64,000 nucleotides of DNA from the human T2T-CHM13v2.0 reference genome, Homo sapiens: the NCBI RefSeq assembly GCF_009914755.1, contig NC_060934.1; one strand, written 5' to 3'. Made by a program: the position numbers and the translations under genes. Below are positions 51,966-64,000 of this stretch, in pieces. The notes under the pieces were generated by a model. That model was not told the origin of the DNA, made no database searches, and worked only from the letters and a program-made list of their open reading frames with translations. The stretch's first letter is position 1, and every line of letters starts with the position of its first letter.

Positions 51966-54900
51966 AAAGCTCAGAGCTCATGTCTGAATCATAAAAGCTC
52001 AGGTGTCCCATGGTCTGTTTCTTCACATCACCCTCCCATATGGAGAAAACAAGGGCCCTGCAGGAAGTCGGTGTGCCCAAGGTCACACCCCAGGCAGCAC
52101 AGAAATGAATGTCTGAGGCCTCTTCCTGCCCACTGGGAGCACCAGCTTGCCAGGTTCTCCCAAAGAATGGAACAGACCCCATCCACAGGGTCCCCCACCT
52201 CTTCCTGTGTTTCAGCCTGAATGTGCACATCCCGAGGGAAATGCAGATACTGCCTCCAGAGGGTTCCCAGCTGGTAACACCCAGGGAGGGCAGGAAGAGC
52301 TTTCTAAGGTCTTTGAGAGAAATCACGCCTTTCTTTCCTGAAACAAATCCAGTCTGGCCCGCTGCATCATCCCAAGATGCAGAAGCCAGTGAGGTTTGGG
52401 GGATGCTGAGCAGCTGGCTGGGCACCTTCGGGCACCCATAGGGTGTGAAAGGAGAGATGGAGCTCCCTGGGGGCTGAGTCAGCGCCCGGTGATGGAAGGT
52501 CATGCCTTAGACACCTTGATGAAGAGTGTCTGAGGGCTGCATGTCCAGGGCGTGGCATGACCTATGGAGACGTGTCTAGGCAGGAGAGACAGGTACTTGG
52601 GTTCCAGCACTGTCAGCAGCTGGCTCCAGTGCTTGGGGACAGGAAGTGCCTGTGAGGGCTGAACACGAGTCTTGCAAGCCTTGGGGTCTTCTGCTTTTCC
52701 ATCACTACTGCACCTTGTAAGATGGCTGTATTTGTGGAGTGCTTGGCCTTGTTAAAAGCACCCTCATATGCACAGTCTCACTTGAGCCCCACACCATCTC
52801 AGAAGGAAGGTAGGCAAAGCATTTTTCCAGAAAAGGAAACTGAAGTGAGGTCCAAGGTTACACAACTTGTTAGTGGCAGCGCTGGGCCTCTGTGTCTTCA
52901 GGGTCCAAACCCCATGTTCTTTCCGTGCTGCCTATGATGCCAGCACTCTCAGGCCTGTTCATTTTTCCCCCTGGCTGCCTCCCACAAAGTAGTGCCCCTG
53001 AGAAATGCCTGAGAACTTCACAGAGATGCAGATGGCGAAGATTATGATAGTCTTACATTTCAATAGCACTTTACACTTTACAAAGCACTTTCTCATCCTT
53101 GGGCTCATTTGCCAGAGATGAGGTTGGTGGCCTTGGGCTGGTCAGTTCTCTCTAGGCTCTGCATTTCTCTTCTGTGAAATGCAAGAGTTGGACAAAATCT
53201 GAGGGTCATGAAATGTGTGGCAAAAGGCAGCCCTGGGGGCCCTCTGCTCCATTCAACTAGAACATCTCTATGTTTTATGCATCACGTTCCACAGTATGTT
53301 GTTTGAACAAGGGATTCCAGAGCCAGAGTTTAAAAGCCCCTGGACTCTGTGGGTCCGTGAGTCTCACTAACCTTATGAGACGATCAGAGCAGGTGCTCCC
53401 TGCCCCAGGCTGTGGCTGAGAAGCCACCATAGAAGCCCAGCACTGACACCCTTCCCCTGCACCCCTGCCCGTTGGGTCTCCTAGAATGTCTTCACCACCC
53501 CCTGAAGCCAGTTCCAAGGGAGAGGTGAGGGATCATGGCCTCCTCACATATTGGAGTCCAGTCCTTCTACCCTGAATCTGGAGTAGCTGGGGTACACACA
53601 AGGTCCCTGCACCATGGTAGTAACCTCGGAAAGGCAGTTGGCCCTGGCTCTCTTCTTTAAAGAGTTTTAAGGTGCCAGTTCCAGAGGTAAGGTTGCTAGG
53701 CTGGGTCAAATTCTTCGATCAGTTACTGAGTGAGCACACGCCACAAAGGCTTCCCTAAACTGACATGGTAGCTTGGGATGCATCCTGACACTCTGGCCCT
53801 CATCTCCCCCAGTCCCCACTGCCTCCCAGGACTACAGATACAAAGCCAGACCAACAGCTCCTAGGTTGGGTTCTTGGCACCCCATGGTGCAAGGCCAGGG
53901 CAGTGCCTGGAGTTGCCACTTCCTCCTTTCACCCAGGCTGCTCTCTGCTGAGTCTGCTGGACCAACACTCAGAGCCTCTCACAATCCCCCAAGAAAACCA
54001 GGAGAACCAGTCTTCTTCCCTCCCCACTTCTTCTTGAGGCTGACGTTCCTGTTTGCTTCCTCACCATCCCCTGAGTGTGCTCTGCCCTTTCCAGCTCCTG
54101 TGGTTTTGCTCAGCTGCAGCAGTCCCCTCCCACGGGGAATGCTTTCCCCACCTTCCCAGCCTCCCACAATGCCTGCCCCGACTGCCCCTGCTGGATGTGA
54201 CCTTCTCTTCTCTGGAAACCCACAGCATTTTGCACCTCGCTTATTCCTGTGAGGCCAGAATTGTTTGTGTTCCAACATCACTTTCCTCATTAAAACATGT
54301 GCTTCTTGAGCTCAGGAAGCATGTGGAGTGGATGCATCTCTTCATTTGCTGTGCCTGAAACAATGCTTGGCACAGAGTAGGTGCTCAACAAATGTCTGTT
54401 TGATACAAGAATGAGTGAATCAGTGGATGAATGAATGAATAAATAAAAATAATCATGGGTAGCCTTACCAGAGCAGCCACTGCGTGCCTAGAATTATGCT
54501 AAGTGCTTTGTACCCATTGTCTCATTCCGTCCTCACAACAATCCTAGGACATGGGTCTTATTAACACCCCATTTCACAGATGTGGAGACTGAGGTTCAGA
54601 GGTTAGATGACTTGCCCACTATCACTCTGCTGGCAGTCCCCACGCTGACAAGCCTGGGAAGCTGAGTGTGAGCTACATGGGCTTACACACTTTCTCTCTC
54701 TGACACCTGTCAGATTTCTGAGCACTTCTAGAAATTCTGGAGGCTTCAAAGCTAAATTCTGGAGGCTTCAAAGCTCAGTTAAATGGAGCCAAGAAGTGGG
54801 GCAAGGTCCCATGTTTTGAAGCAGCTATGGCTTCCTAAAGGATGGGCCAGCAGGCAGGGGTGATGGGCTCAGTGGCAACTGTAAAATATGCTTGAGAGAC

Positions 54901-55639
54901 GCCATCAAGGGCATGACCAACCCGTGCTGTGAGAGCCATCCCATTTTGGTGCCAGTTCACTGGGACAGCACCACTGTGGGGAGGGCAGGGGCCTGGGGTT
55001 TGCCGAGAGCAGCCTGGGGGTGGGGTCCTGGCCCTGCCACCTCCTGGTCTGACCCCAAGCTTGTCCCTCGGTTCCTCTAAGCTTTGACTTCTGCATCTGG
55101 AACAGGGGGCTGCTGCATACCTCACAGGATGGCTGTGAGGACGAGGTGCCAGAGTGTGTGTGACAACACTTGGTAAACTGTGAAGAGTTACACAATCAGA
55201 AGTTCTTATCATTATTTAGAAAAACAACAAACCCGGGGCACAATCTCTCACTCTCTGGTGATCATGTTGATATTTCCAAACACACTCCAGCATTTCCTGT
55301 CCCCAAACATCCCGCCCTCGGTAGCTCATCCTCTGCAGGTATATTTCTTTATTCCCATGTAAAACCAAACTTCTCTCTCCACTTTCCCGCTGCCTATTTG
55401 CCCCACCCCCATCCACCTTCCCACCCCAATTCTGCCACAGCTTTTCCTGCTACCATCATCGGTGGCTTTTATGAGGCCATATCTCAGGGTGCCCTTTTCT
55501 GTCCTCATCCCCCTCGGCCTCTCAGCTGTATTTGGCACAGTTGCTGCTCTCTCTCTTCCTTTTCCCCACCGCTGTCCTCTGAAAGCACTCTCTCTTCTAG
55601 GCCAAGGAGGCCAACTTCCTCTGGTTTCCTGCGCTCTCT

Positions 55640-56650
55640 CTGGCTTCCTCTCCTTTCCCCACCGTAATTCCTTCTTCCTCTCCCTTCCCTTTTAATGTTG
55701 GAGTCCCCAGTCCTGGGCATTCTCTTCTTTCTCTCCCCTTTCACTATGGGATAATGTTCATTACCCTGACTGACAATTCCAAATTCATACTTCCAACCCA
55801 AATCCCCAGTCCCAGGTCAGATGCATATCTCTGACTGGCTACCTGACATCACCCCTTGGACGTCCACTGCCACCTCCAATAGAACATGTTCAAAGTGGAG
55901 CTACTGACCACTCCACCCCTCCCTCCCACAAAGGAGCACCCAAATACTAAGGCCAGGAACCTGCGTCAGACTTGGCTGTCCCTCCCCTTTGTCTTCGCCT
56001 CTCATTAATTGGCCCATCCTGTCGTTTCTACCTCCAAAAATGTTTCACAAATCCTTTTTCTTCTTTCCTCCTCCACTGCCACCATCTCTGGGCAGACACC
56101 CTTCTCTGTTGCCTCACTTGACCGTCCCCTAATTTAACTCCCCCACACTGTAGCCAGAGTCATCTTTTTTACTGCATAAATCAGATCATAGCTAAAACCC
56201 TTTGGTGGCTTCCCATTGCTTGGGAATGAAACCCAGACCTGTGATCACTCCTGGCCTTGGAGCCCGCATGGTCTGCTCCCCTACCTCACTGGCCTCCTTC
56301 TGCCACAGGGTCTCCTTTCAGCTCCTTGAATTCTGGCAAGTGCTTCCCAACCCAGCACTCTCTTGCAGAATTGCTCCCACCACCCAGAACACTCTCCAAC
56401 CATTCCCCGCCTGTTTGGTCCTACAGTGAGCTCCTTCTCATCCCTTGGCCTCCTCTTCAGAGGCTCCTCAGAGAGATCTCCCTCATTGGTATTCTCATCG
56501 CTGCATCCAGCACCTATTCCTGTTTCTTCACTTGTTTATTGCCTGTCTCTTCCAGTAAACTATAAGCTTCCTGAGGTCAGAGACTGTGTCTGGTTTGTTC
56601 ACTCCTGTCTCTCCATCATCCAGCCCATAGTGAGCTCTTAATAAACCACC
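55640..56650 (+). mobile_element. L2 fragment
   Basis: Pyrimidine-rich L2-like body ending in gagctcttaataaa. Confidence 0.55.
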
Positions 56651-57141
56651 GCAGAGTGAATGGAAGAGATGAAGCCCGTGGAAGGTACAAAGAGCTGAAC
56701 AAAAGGTTGACTGGGCCACCAATCCCTTGTTTGTTCTTGGACTCTACACTTTCATCAATTCCCAAAATATTAATATATGTACAAACATAGTCATGAAAAA
56801 GAGCTTTCAGCACCAAGAATTGGTGTCCTGGGTGAGGAGGAGAGAAAACAACAAATGCTATAGTTATGGAGGATCGACTTCTTTTCGCTTAGAATCTTTG
56901 ACCTATGTGAAAAAAATCGCTTAGGGAGTCACATAAGGGGAAGCCAGATAGAAGGATGTGAGCACCTATTATATACCAGAAACTGTGCTAAGTAATTTAC
57001 ATATGACATTTCATTATATATAAATAGAAACATTTTTTAGATTTGAAAGATACAGAAAATATGCTATCTGTTTGAAAATTAAGAACAGAGAAATTGTTTT
57101 CATTAAAATTTTTTTTCCATTAAAAAGTGAAAAAAAAAAAA

Positions 57142-57491
<350 letters not shown>

Positions 57492-58033
57492 TCAGGGCAG
57501 AAAGAAGAGAGAGATGTATGAATGCACAAAGAGTGCAAGACCGAGACCAGAGACACATGGAATATACAAAAATGGAAATGAGGAAATATACAAAAAGGGA
57601 AGAGGAAGCCGACAAGCACAGAGAAAATGATATCAGAGCATACCTAAAACCTTTTAAGTAAACATAGATACAGAGGTAAAGACACCTACCCATATAAAGG
57701 GAGCCACATGAAAAAGGGCATCTGCAGATCTACAAAGACAAATGGAGAGACCCCTAGAAAGTCTCGAAGTCATGGACACATCAACAGGACTCTGAGATAT
57801 GATCATAGAGAAATAATTCCATCTTGTGGCCACTTGGGGCATTTCCTCTAAACGTTTTTAAAAATGTGTTGCATTTTCACAACTATGGGCACACAGGAGT
57901 ATTTTATTGTTGGTCACTTTGATACTCTCATTTTATAGATACACAAAGTTTCTGAGAAAAGTGACTTCTAAAGTCAAACAGCTGGTCATTAGATAAAATA
58001 AATGGAAAGACAAACTTATCCCTTAGTCTAAAG

Positions 58034-58249
58034 CAGGGATCAGCAAACTATGGCCTGTGGGCCAAATGGTCTGCTTCCATTTTCGTAAATATGGTTTTAT
58101 TGGAATGCAGACATACTCATTCACTTATGTACTATCTATGGCTGCTTTTGCTAAATATTGAAGTTGATTAATTGCAATAGAGACCGTATGGCCAAAAGCT
58201 GAAAATATTTTCCATTTGGCGCTTTACTGAAAAAGATTGCCAATCCCTG
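58034..58249. mobile_element. MER58A-like hAT-Charlie element
   Basis: cagggatcagcaaactatggcc...ttgccaatccctg inverted ends. Confidence 0.8.
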
Positions 58250-58432
58250 GTCTCCAGGATTGTCAGCCTTATAGTATGAGTATATTACAAATTTTAAATG
58301 ATAATTATCATAACAACAAAAAATTAGAATAAGGTTTAGTAAAAATTAATTTGGGCTCAGTACTTGGGAATACATAGTTTCCTGAAGCAAGTATTTCAGG
58401 GAGATTGAAGGTTAAATGTATGAAAGATTTTA

Positions 58433-58802
<370 letters not shown>

Positions 58803-58911
58803 TGATAAAAGAGTTGCTTAAAATGACAACAGTGTTCTCTAAACAGGGATTTAATCTAAGGCTAAGAAATGAGCAAAAGCATTTGTGCTCTAAGTGAGGG
58901 GGTAAAAAGGT

Positions 58912-59405
58912 TGTGGTAGATGGTCTCTAAAAATGGTCACCATCATTTCCTTTCTTCTCTGTATGCATGTGTTACTCCACTCATGAAGACATGGAGTCTA
59001 TTTCTCCTCCCCTTGAATTTGGGCTGGCTTTGTGATTTGCCTTGATTGCAGAAGACGGTGGAAGTGATGTTGGAGCAGTTCTGAGCCTAGCCTGCAAGGG
59101 GCCCAGTAGCTTCCACTTAGTCTCTGGAGGAAGCCAGTTACCATATACAAAATAAGACCACCATGCTCTGAAATCAAAGCTAGCCCTATGGAGAGGCCAT
59201 GTGAAAGAGCACCAAGGCATCTGATATGTGAGCAAGAACTTCTCAAATCTTCCAGCCTAGCTCACTGACAGCTGAATGCAGCTAAGTGAGTGACACCAGC
59301 TGATGTCACATGGAGCAGAAGAACCATCCAGATGAGCCCTTTCCAAATTCCTGATTGGCAGAATAGTGAAAAATAATAAATTGTTTTTAAGCCCCTAAGT
59401 TTTCA
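58912..59405 (+). mobile_element. MLT1-type MaLR solo LTR
   Basis: tgtggtag start; gagtctatttctcctccccttgaa...ccagatgagccc..ccaaattcctga...tgtttttaagcc.ctaagttt. Confidence 0.75.
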
Positions 59406-60541
59406 GAAAAGAAAGTAGATAATGATGACCTATCATCTCAGATCTAAGGAGAGGAAAAATTTATCTCTGGCAAGTAGGAAAAAGGATTATTCATAAATCA
59501 GTGGAATTCTCTAGGATGGCTATTTGAATTCACAGTAGGCAGGTCTCCCCAAGGGAGGCCTGGACTAGTTGTGTTGGTACTTGGATCTGAGGATATGGGA
59601 AGGTCTGTGCAGAGCCCGAGGGTGGAAGGGTAATAAGAATACAGGGATCCCAGAAACTCCTGTTTTTCTACTCCTCTTTCTCTTTCTTCTTTCCTTTCTA
59701 ACCATATCTAAATGTTTCCCATTTTGAATGCACACTCTTGAGAATAGATCATTTCTTTGGAAATGTGTGTAATGCTCTTTTTTTTGTTTGTTTTTACACA
59801 TTTTATTCTTTGAAAGCCATTTAAGTTAAATAGGACCAGAAAACATATGGGAAGACATTCAAACAGGAGATTCACAGAATGTATCCTGGAATAGGATATA
59901 TCCAGAGGCCATATATTAGTTTAAAGGAATAGAGACTTTGGTAATGGGAAGGTTCTGGGCGTGATGAGAAATCTGGGGCAGGGTTCCGCTAGGGAATAAA
60001 TTGGGTAAGGTTGGAAAAATAACAATAACAAAATCAGATTTGATCCTGATTTAGGAGCTGGCCAGAGTGGAGAAGACTCCACAAATAGAGTGCTCTACTG
60101 AAGAAGGTAACTTTAAGAAAAAAGAGAAAAACCTTTTGTCCTAAGGGGCAGATGGTTTTTCAAGAAAGGGATGGTTGGCACCAAAAGGTCAGAATAATCT
60201 GCAGTGATGGTGTCTGTGTTCTGTAAAAACTCCACACAGACTGATTGATTTCGGCCTTGTTCTTAAAAAGATCTGTGCTCAGCATGTGCTCGATGCCCTC
60301 GGAATTTCTTATATTTTCATGAGCATAGAGGCACACAGAAGGCAGGGACTATCCTATGCAGCTCTATTCCCCATCACACCTAGCCCAGTGCCAGGAAAGA
60401 CCAAGTGCTCAGTCATGTTTGCTGATGATGACGAAGACCATAACTCCATTTCTCAATGCATGTTTCTAGGAAAAGAAGAAGACAGGGAGTCAGGAATTCC
60501 CATAAACTGTCAAAGAAGGGATTCAGGTGACAGATGGAGGC

Positions 60542-60960
60542 TGTGTTAATCAGGATTCTTTGGTTGCAAGTGAACTAGTTGAGAAATGTATTGGCTTAAA
60601 TGTCCAAACTGCAGGAACAGCAAAAGTGCAGCTAGGCTTCTGGATGACTGGAACCAGGATGTGGTCAGCACTTCCTTTTCCTTCTTTCTCATTCTTTTCT
60701 CTGCCTATGGACCTCATTCTCTCACATGATCCTCCTTCCCAAGACTTCAACTATGGCAGCATTCCCAGACTCACATCTCAGCTTCAGGACCAGAGGGGAG
60801 ATTGTGTTCTCTCCTCAGTTTGCATGTAAAAAACCCCAGAAAAGAGCTCTGATTGGCTCAGGGTGGGTCACCTGTCCATCTCCAGAGGCAAGAGCTGGGA
60901 GCCTGTGGTTGGCAGCTTTCAACTAGTAGCAAGGCCAGTGAAAGTGGCATCTTGGGATCC
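60542..60960 (-). mobile_element. Old MLT1-type LTR fragment
   Basis: tgtgttaatcaggattctttggttgcaagtga...ctctgattggct...gggtcacctgtccatc. Confidence 0.55.
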
Positions 60961-62119
60961 ACCTATATGCAGGAAGAGAAGTGCCAGGAAGGATAAGGAT
61001 GTGGTTTTAGATGACAGTGACTCATTTGGGTCTGCATATTCTGGAGACAAACCTACCAGGGCCTCCTGATGGAAGACAACAAATGCTTCCCTGGGACCAC
61101 CAAGTCACTGTGTCCTCTAGACACATCTCAAGGGCCCCCTATTCCCCTCCAGAAGCCCCAGAAAGAAGTAAACACAGAAACTGGAACAATGTTTGAGTCA
61201 CTAGGTTCTCGAAACGGTCTGGTTCGAGGACACTAAGAGTTGGCAGCGATGAGATCAGCAAGTGGATCCCAGAGTCTGGCCAGAGCTCACCCACTTGCTG
61301 TGGATTCAGGCAAATCACTAACTGCTTGGTCACAAAACACTTTAAATATCTATTCAAACTTTCTTTCCTTCATGCTATAACTACCCAGAAGCTTCTAGCT
61401 AAAAAGCTGTTGGTCTTTATCTCTCTTTCAGTTGAGGAGGTAGGCCAATTTAGGGACAGAATAGTTGGGGCAAGGAGCCAATGAATGCTTCACTCTTCTT
61501 TAAGAGTAAAAAGATAAGTCAGGCATTGACTTCATTCCACCCTTCTGGGATCCTATTTCTAGGCAGGCACACCGCGAGGTACTGTGATGGACGCACATGG
61601 CATATGATGTAATTCTCTGCTCAGAGTCTCCAGCCTAGTATAGCAAATAAGGAGTGGTCCCAATCCCAAGCTTTCAGAGGGCAGAGGGCCAAAAATTGTT
61701 GGGGTAAAAGTTTTAATAAAGGTTTGTTTGATCTGGAACTTGAAGGATGTATAGGATTTTAGTAAGAGACATATGGGTCAGGCATTTATGAAAGAAATGG
61801 TGTGAGCAAGGAACAGAAAAATATGTTTAGGGAATACGGGGTAGACTAGCTGGACAACATAGAAGTGTGTGTTGGACAGAAGTGAAAAATAGTGAAAAGC
61901 AAATTGGAAAAGTACACGTTCCGTGAAAAGCCTGTATATGCAAAGCATTCCCCAAATGTTAAAGGAGCTGAGAAATAAAAGAATGAGGTAGACAGATACA
62001 GATTGTCGGTAAAGGATGTTTAATTGGGGGAACTTAAAGACAGAAGCATGGTCTTGGTGTACTGGGCAACTAAGATTGTGGAAGATGTGGCATGAAACTA
62101 AGGATTTATATTTTCTGGG

Positions 62120-62260
62120 TCAGGTATGGTGGCTCATGCCTGTAATCTAACACTTTGGGAAGCCAAGTTGGGAGGATCGCTTGAGACTAGGAGTTTGAAA
62201 TCAGTCTGGGCAAAATAGTGAGACCTCATCTCTAAAAATAAATAAATAAAATAATAATTA
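62120..62260 (+). mobile_element. FLAM / Alu left monomer
   Basis: Monomeric Alu followed by an (AAAT)n tail. Confidence 0.85.
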
Positions 62261-63055
62261 AGAAATAGATGAAGATTGTGTTTGCTAGGAAATAGGGGGC
62301 TACTGAAGGATTCCGTGCAGGGTATACTGTTATGTCAAAACAATGTTTTGGAGATCATTGTCTGGTATGCATGAAGGATTGGCCAAGGAAGAGAATTGAA
62401 ATGATAGTGCAGAATAATGGCAATTGGATTCCATGGCATTCCCTGAATTATTGCAAAAAAAAAAAAAAACTCTTCTGAGCTGATGTGATTAGGTTTCTGT
62501 TCCTTATAATAAGTAAATTACCCTTAAGACAAAGTAGAGTCAAAAAAGCACAGAAATCAGGAAGGCAAGGGTTAAAATAAGAGGGGTAGCCAACAGTGTC
62601 AGATGCTTTCAAGGGTCAAAAAGGCCAAGGACTGGAAAAAGCAAGTGTATTTGGCAATTTGGAAGCCACTGATAACCTTCAAGAAAGCTGTTTCCTTAGA
62701 GAGGAGAGGAGAGGAGAGCTAGACTGAGGAGGGTGCATGGGAGTGGATGGGGCCACAGTGTGGATGGGTCATTTAGGACAAAAAGTGCTCTGAAAGTCCT
62801 AAGATATGTGCTGGGGGACACGTGGTTAAGCAAGGGTTTCACCAAGCTTTGGGACTGTGCATGTTTGTGAGCAAGAGGAAAAGACCTTGGAGAGGCAGTG
62901 GATGCTGCAGGCATCTAGGCAGGGTGTGCAGTAGGTCAGCAGAACAGAGTGTCATGTACCAGCTGATGGGTTGGGCCTGGAATTAAGAGGAAAGGAAGCC
63001 AGGATGGGCAAGAAGATAGAATGAGGTGGAAGAGAGCAACTAGACAGTAATATCC

Positions 63056-63420
63056 TGTATTAGTTCATTCTCATGCTGCTATAAAGAACTGCCCGAGACT
63101 GGGTAATTTACGAAGGAAAGAGGTTGAATTGACTCACAGTTCCGCATGGCTTGGGAGGCCTCAGGAAACTTACAATTATGGAGGAAGGGGAAGCAAACAC
63201 TTCCTTCTTCACATGGCGTCAGGAGAGATAAGTGCAGAGCAAGGAGTGGGGGAAAGCCCCTTTTAAAACTATCAGATCTCGTGAGAACTCACTCGCTATC
63301 ATAAAGACAGCATGGGGGTAACTACCGCCCCATGATTCAATTCCCTCCCACAGCACATGGAGATTATGGGAACTGCAATTCAAGATAAGATTTGGGTGGG
63401 GACACAGCCAAACCATATCA
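63056..63420 (-). mobile_element. THE1-type MaLR solo LTR
   Basis: tgtattagt...gagactgggtaattta...gatttgggtggggacacagccaaaccatatca, complete with TG...CA ends. Confidence 0.92.
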
Positions 63421-64000
63421 CACCCAGAAAGCTAGGGTTAGGTTCACAGCTGAGAGGACAGTGTGGAAGTCACAGTGCAGCAGCCTGCTGGATTAGCAAG
63501 AGATGTTGAAGGAGAAGCTAGATTAGCAAGTGAGAGACTTACACATGACCACTTGCCATGGTAAACAGGGCCTGAAGGATCAGCCACCTCAGAGGGGGAT
63601 GTCAGGCCAACTCAAGGAATGTGAGCTGCTGTGAGCAGGTGCTGGGACCCTGGTCCCACAGAGAAGACAGACCCTGCACCAGGAGGGGAGCAATCTGTGC
63701 AGAGAGTCCTGGGCAGGGCCAGGGAGCCAAATTGGACAAAAGGGCACAGGCAGAGGTGGAACAGAGGCAGGGCTGTCTCAGGGAACCAAGCTGGGGTGGA
63801 ACAAGGGAAGGCAGCCATGCAGAATGTGGGGCAGGCATTTAGGGTCTTAAGATCCGGGACAAGGGCTGCCTTCCCCCAACCCTACGGAGTGTCTTGGTAA
63901 AGGTGGCAGAAGCATCTGCTCTCCAGAGTGAGGTGAGTTCTGTGGGGGTAGCACAGAGTGGCGGAGAGAGCCCTGGACTTGAAGTCAGACATAAAGGCTG

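Overview
Human-like (primate) genomic DNA covering the middle of CRTAC1 (cartilage acidic protein 1) on the minus strand. Nine coding exons (numbered 3-11 from the recalled gene model) are resolved at GT-AG boundaries and splice into one open frame. They encode FG-GAP-type Ca-binding repeats, an RGD motif and the start of the ASPIC/UnbV domain. The first and last exons lie outside the window. Introns hold Alu, L1, L2, MIR, MaLR LTR (THE1, MLT1) and MER DNA-transposon fossils plus microsatellites. Most notable: (1) a three-part inverted/direct repeat set around exon 7 that predicts competing RNA structures over the exon 7 branch-point region; (2) a 31 x 32-bp VNTR in intron 8, born inside an old hAT-type transposon, carrying 30 CCAAT boxes at 32-bp phase and stop-free in all three sense frames; (3) a paired RFX X-box/homeodomain element in intron 5. 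Repeat subfamily names are by eye and their boundaries are approximate.
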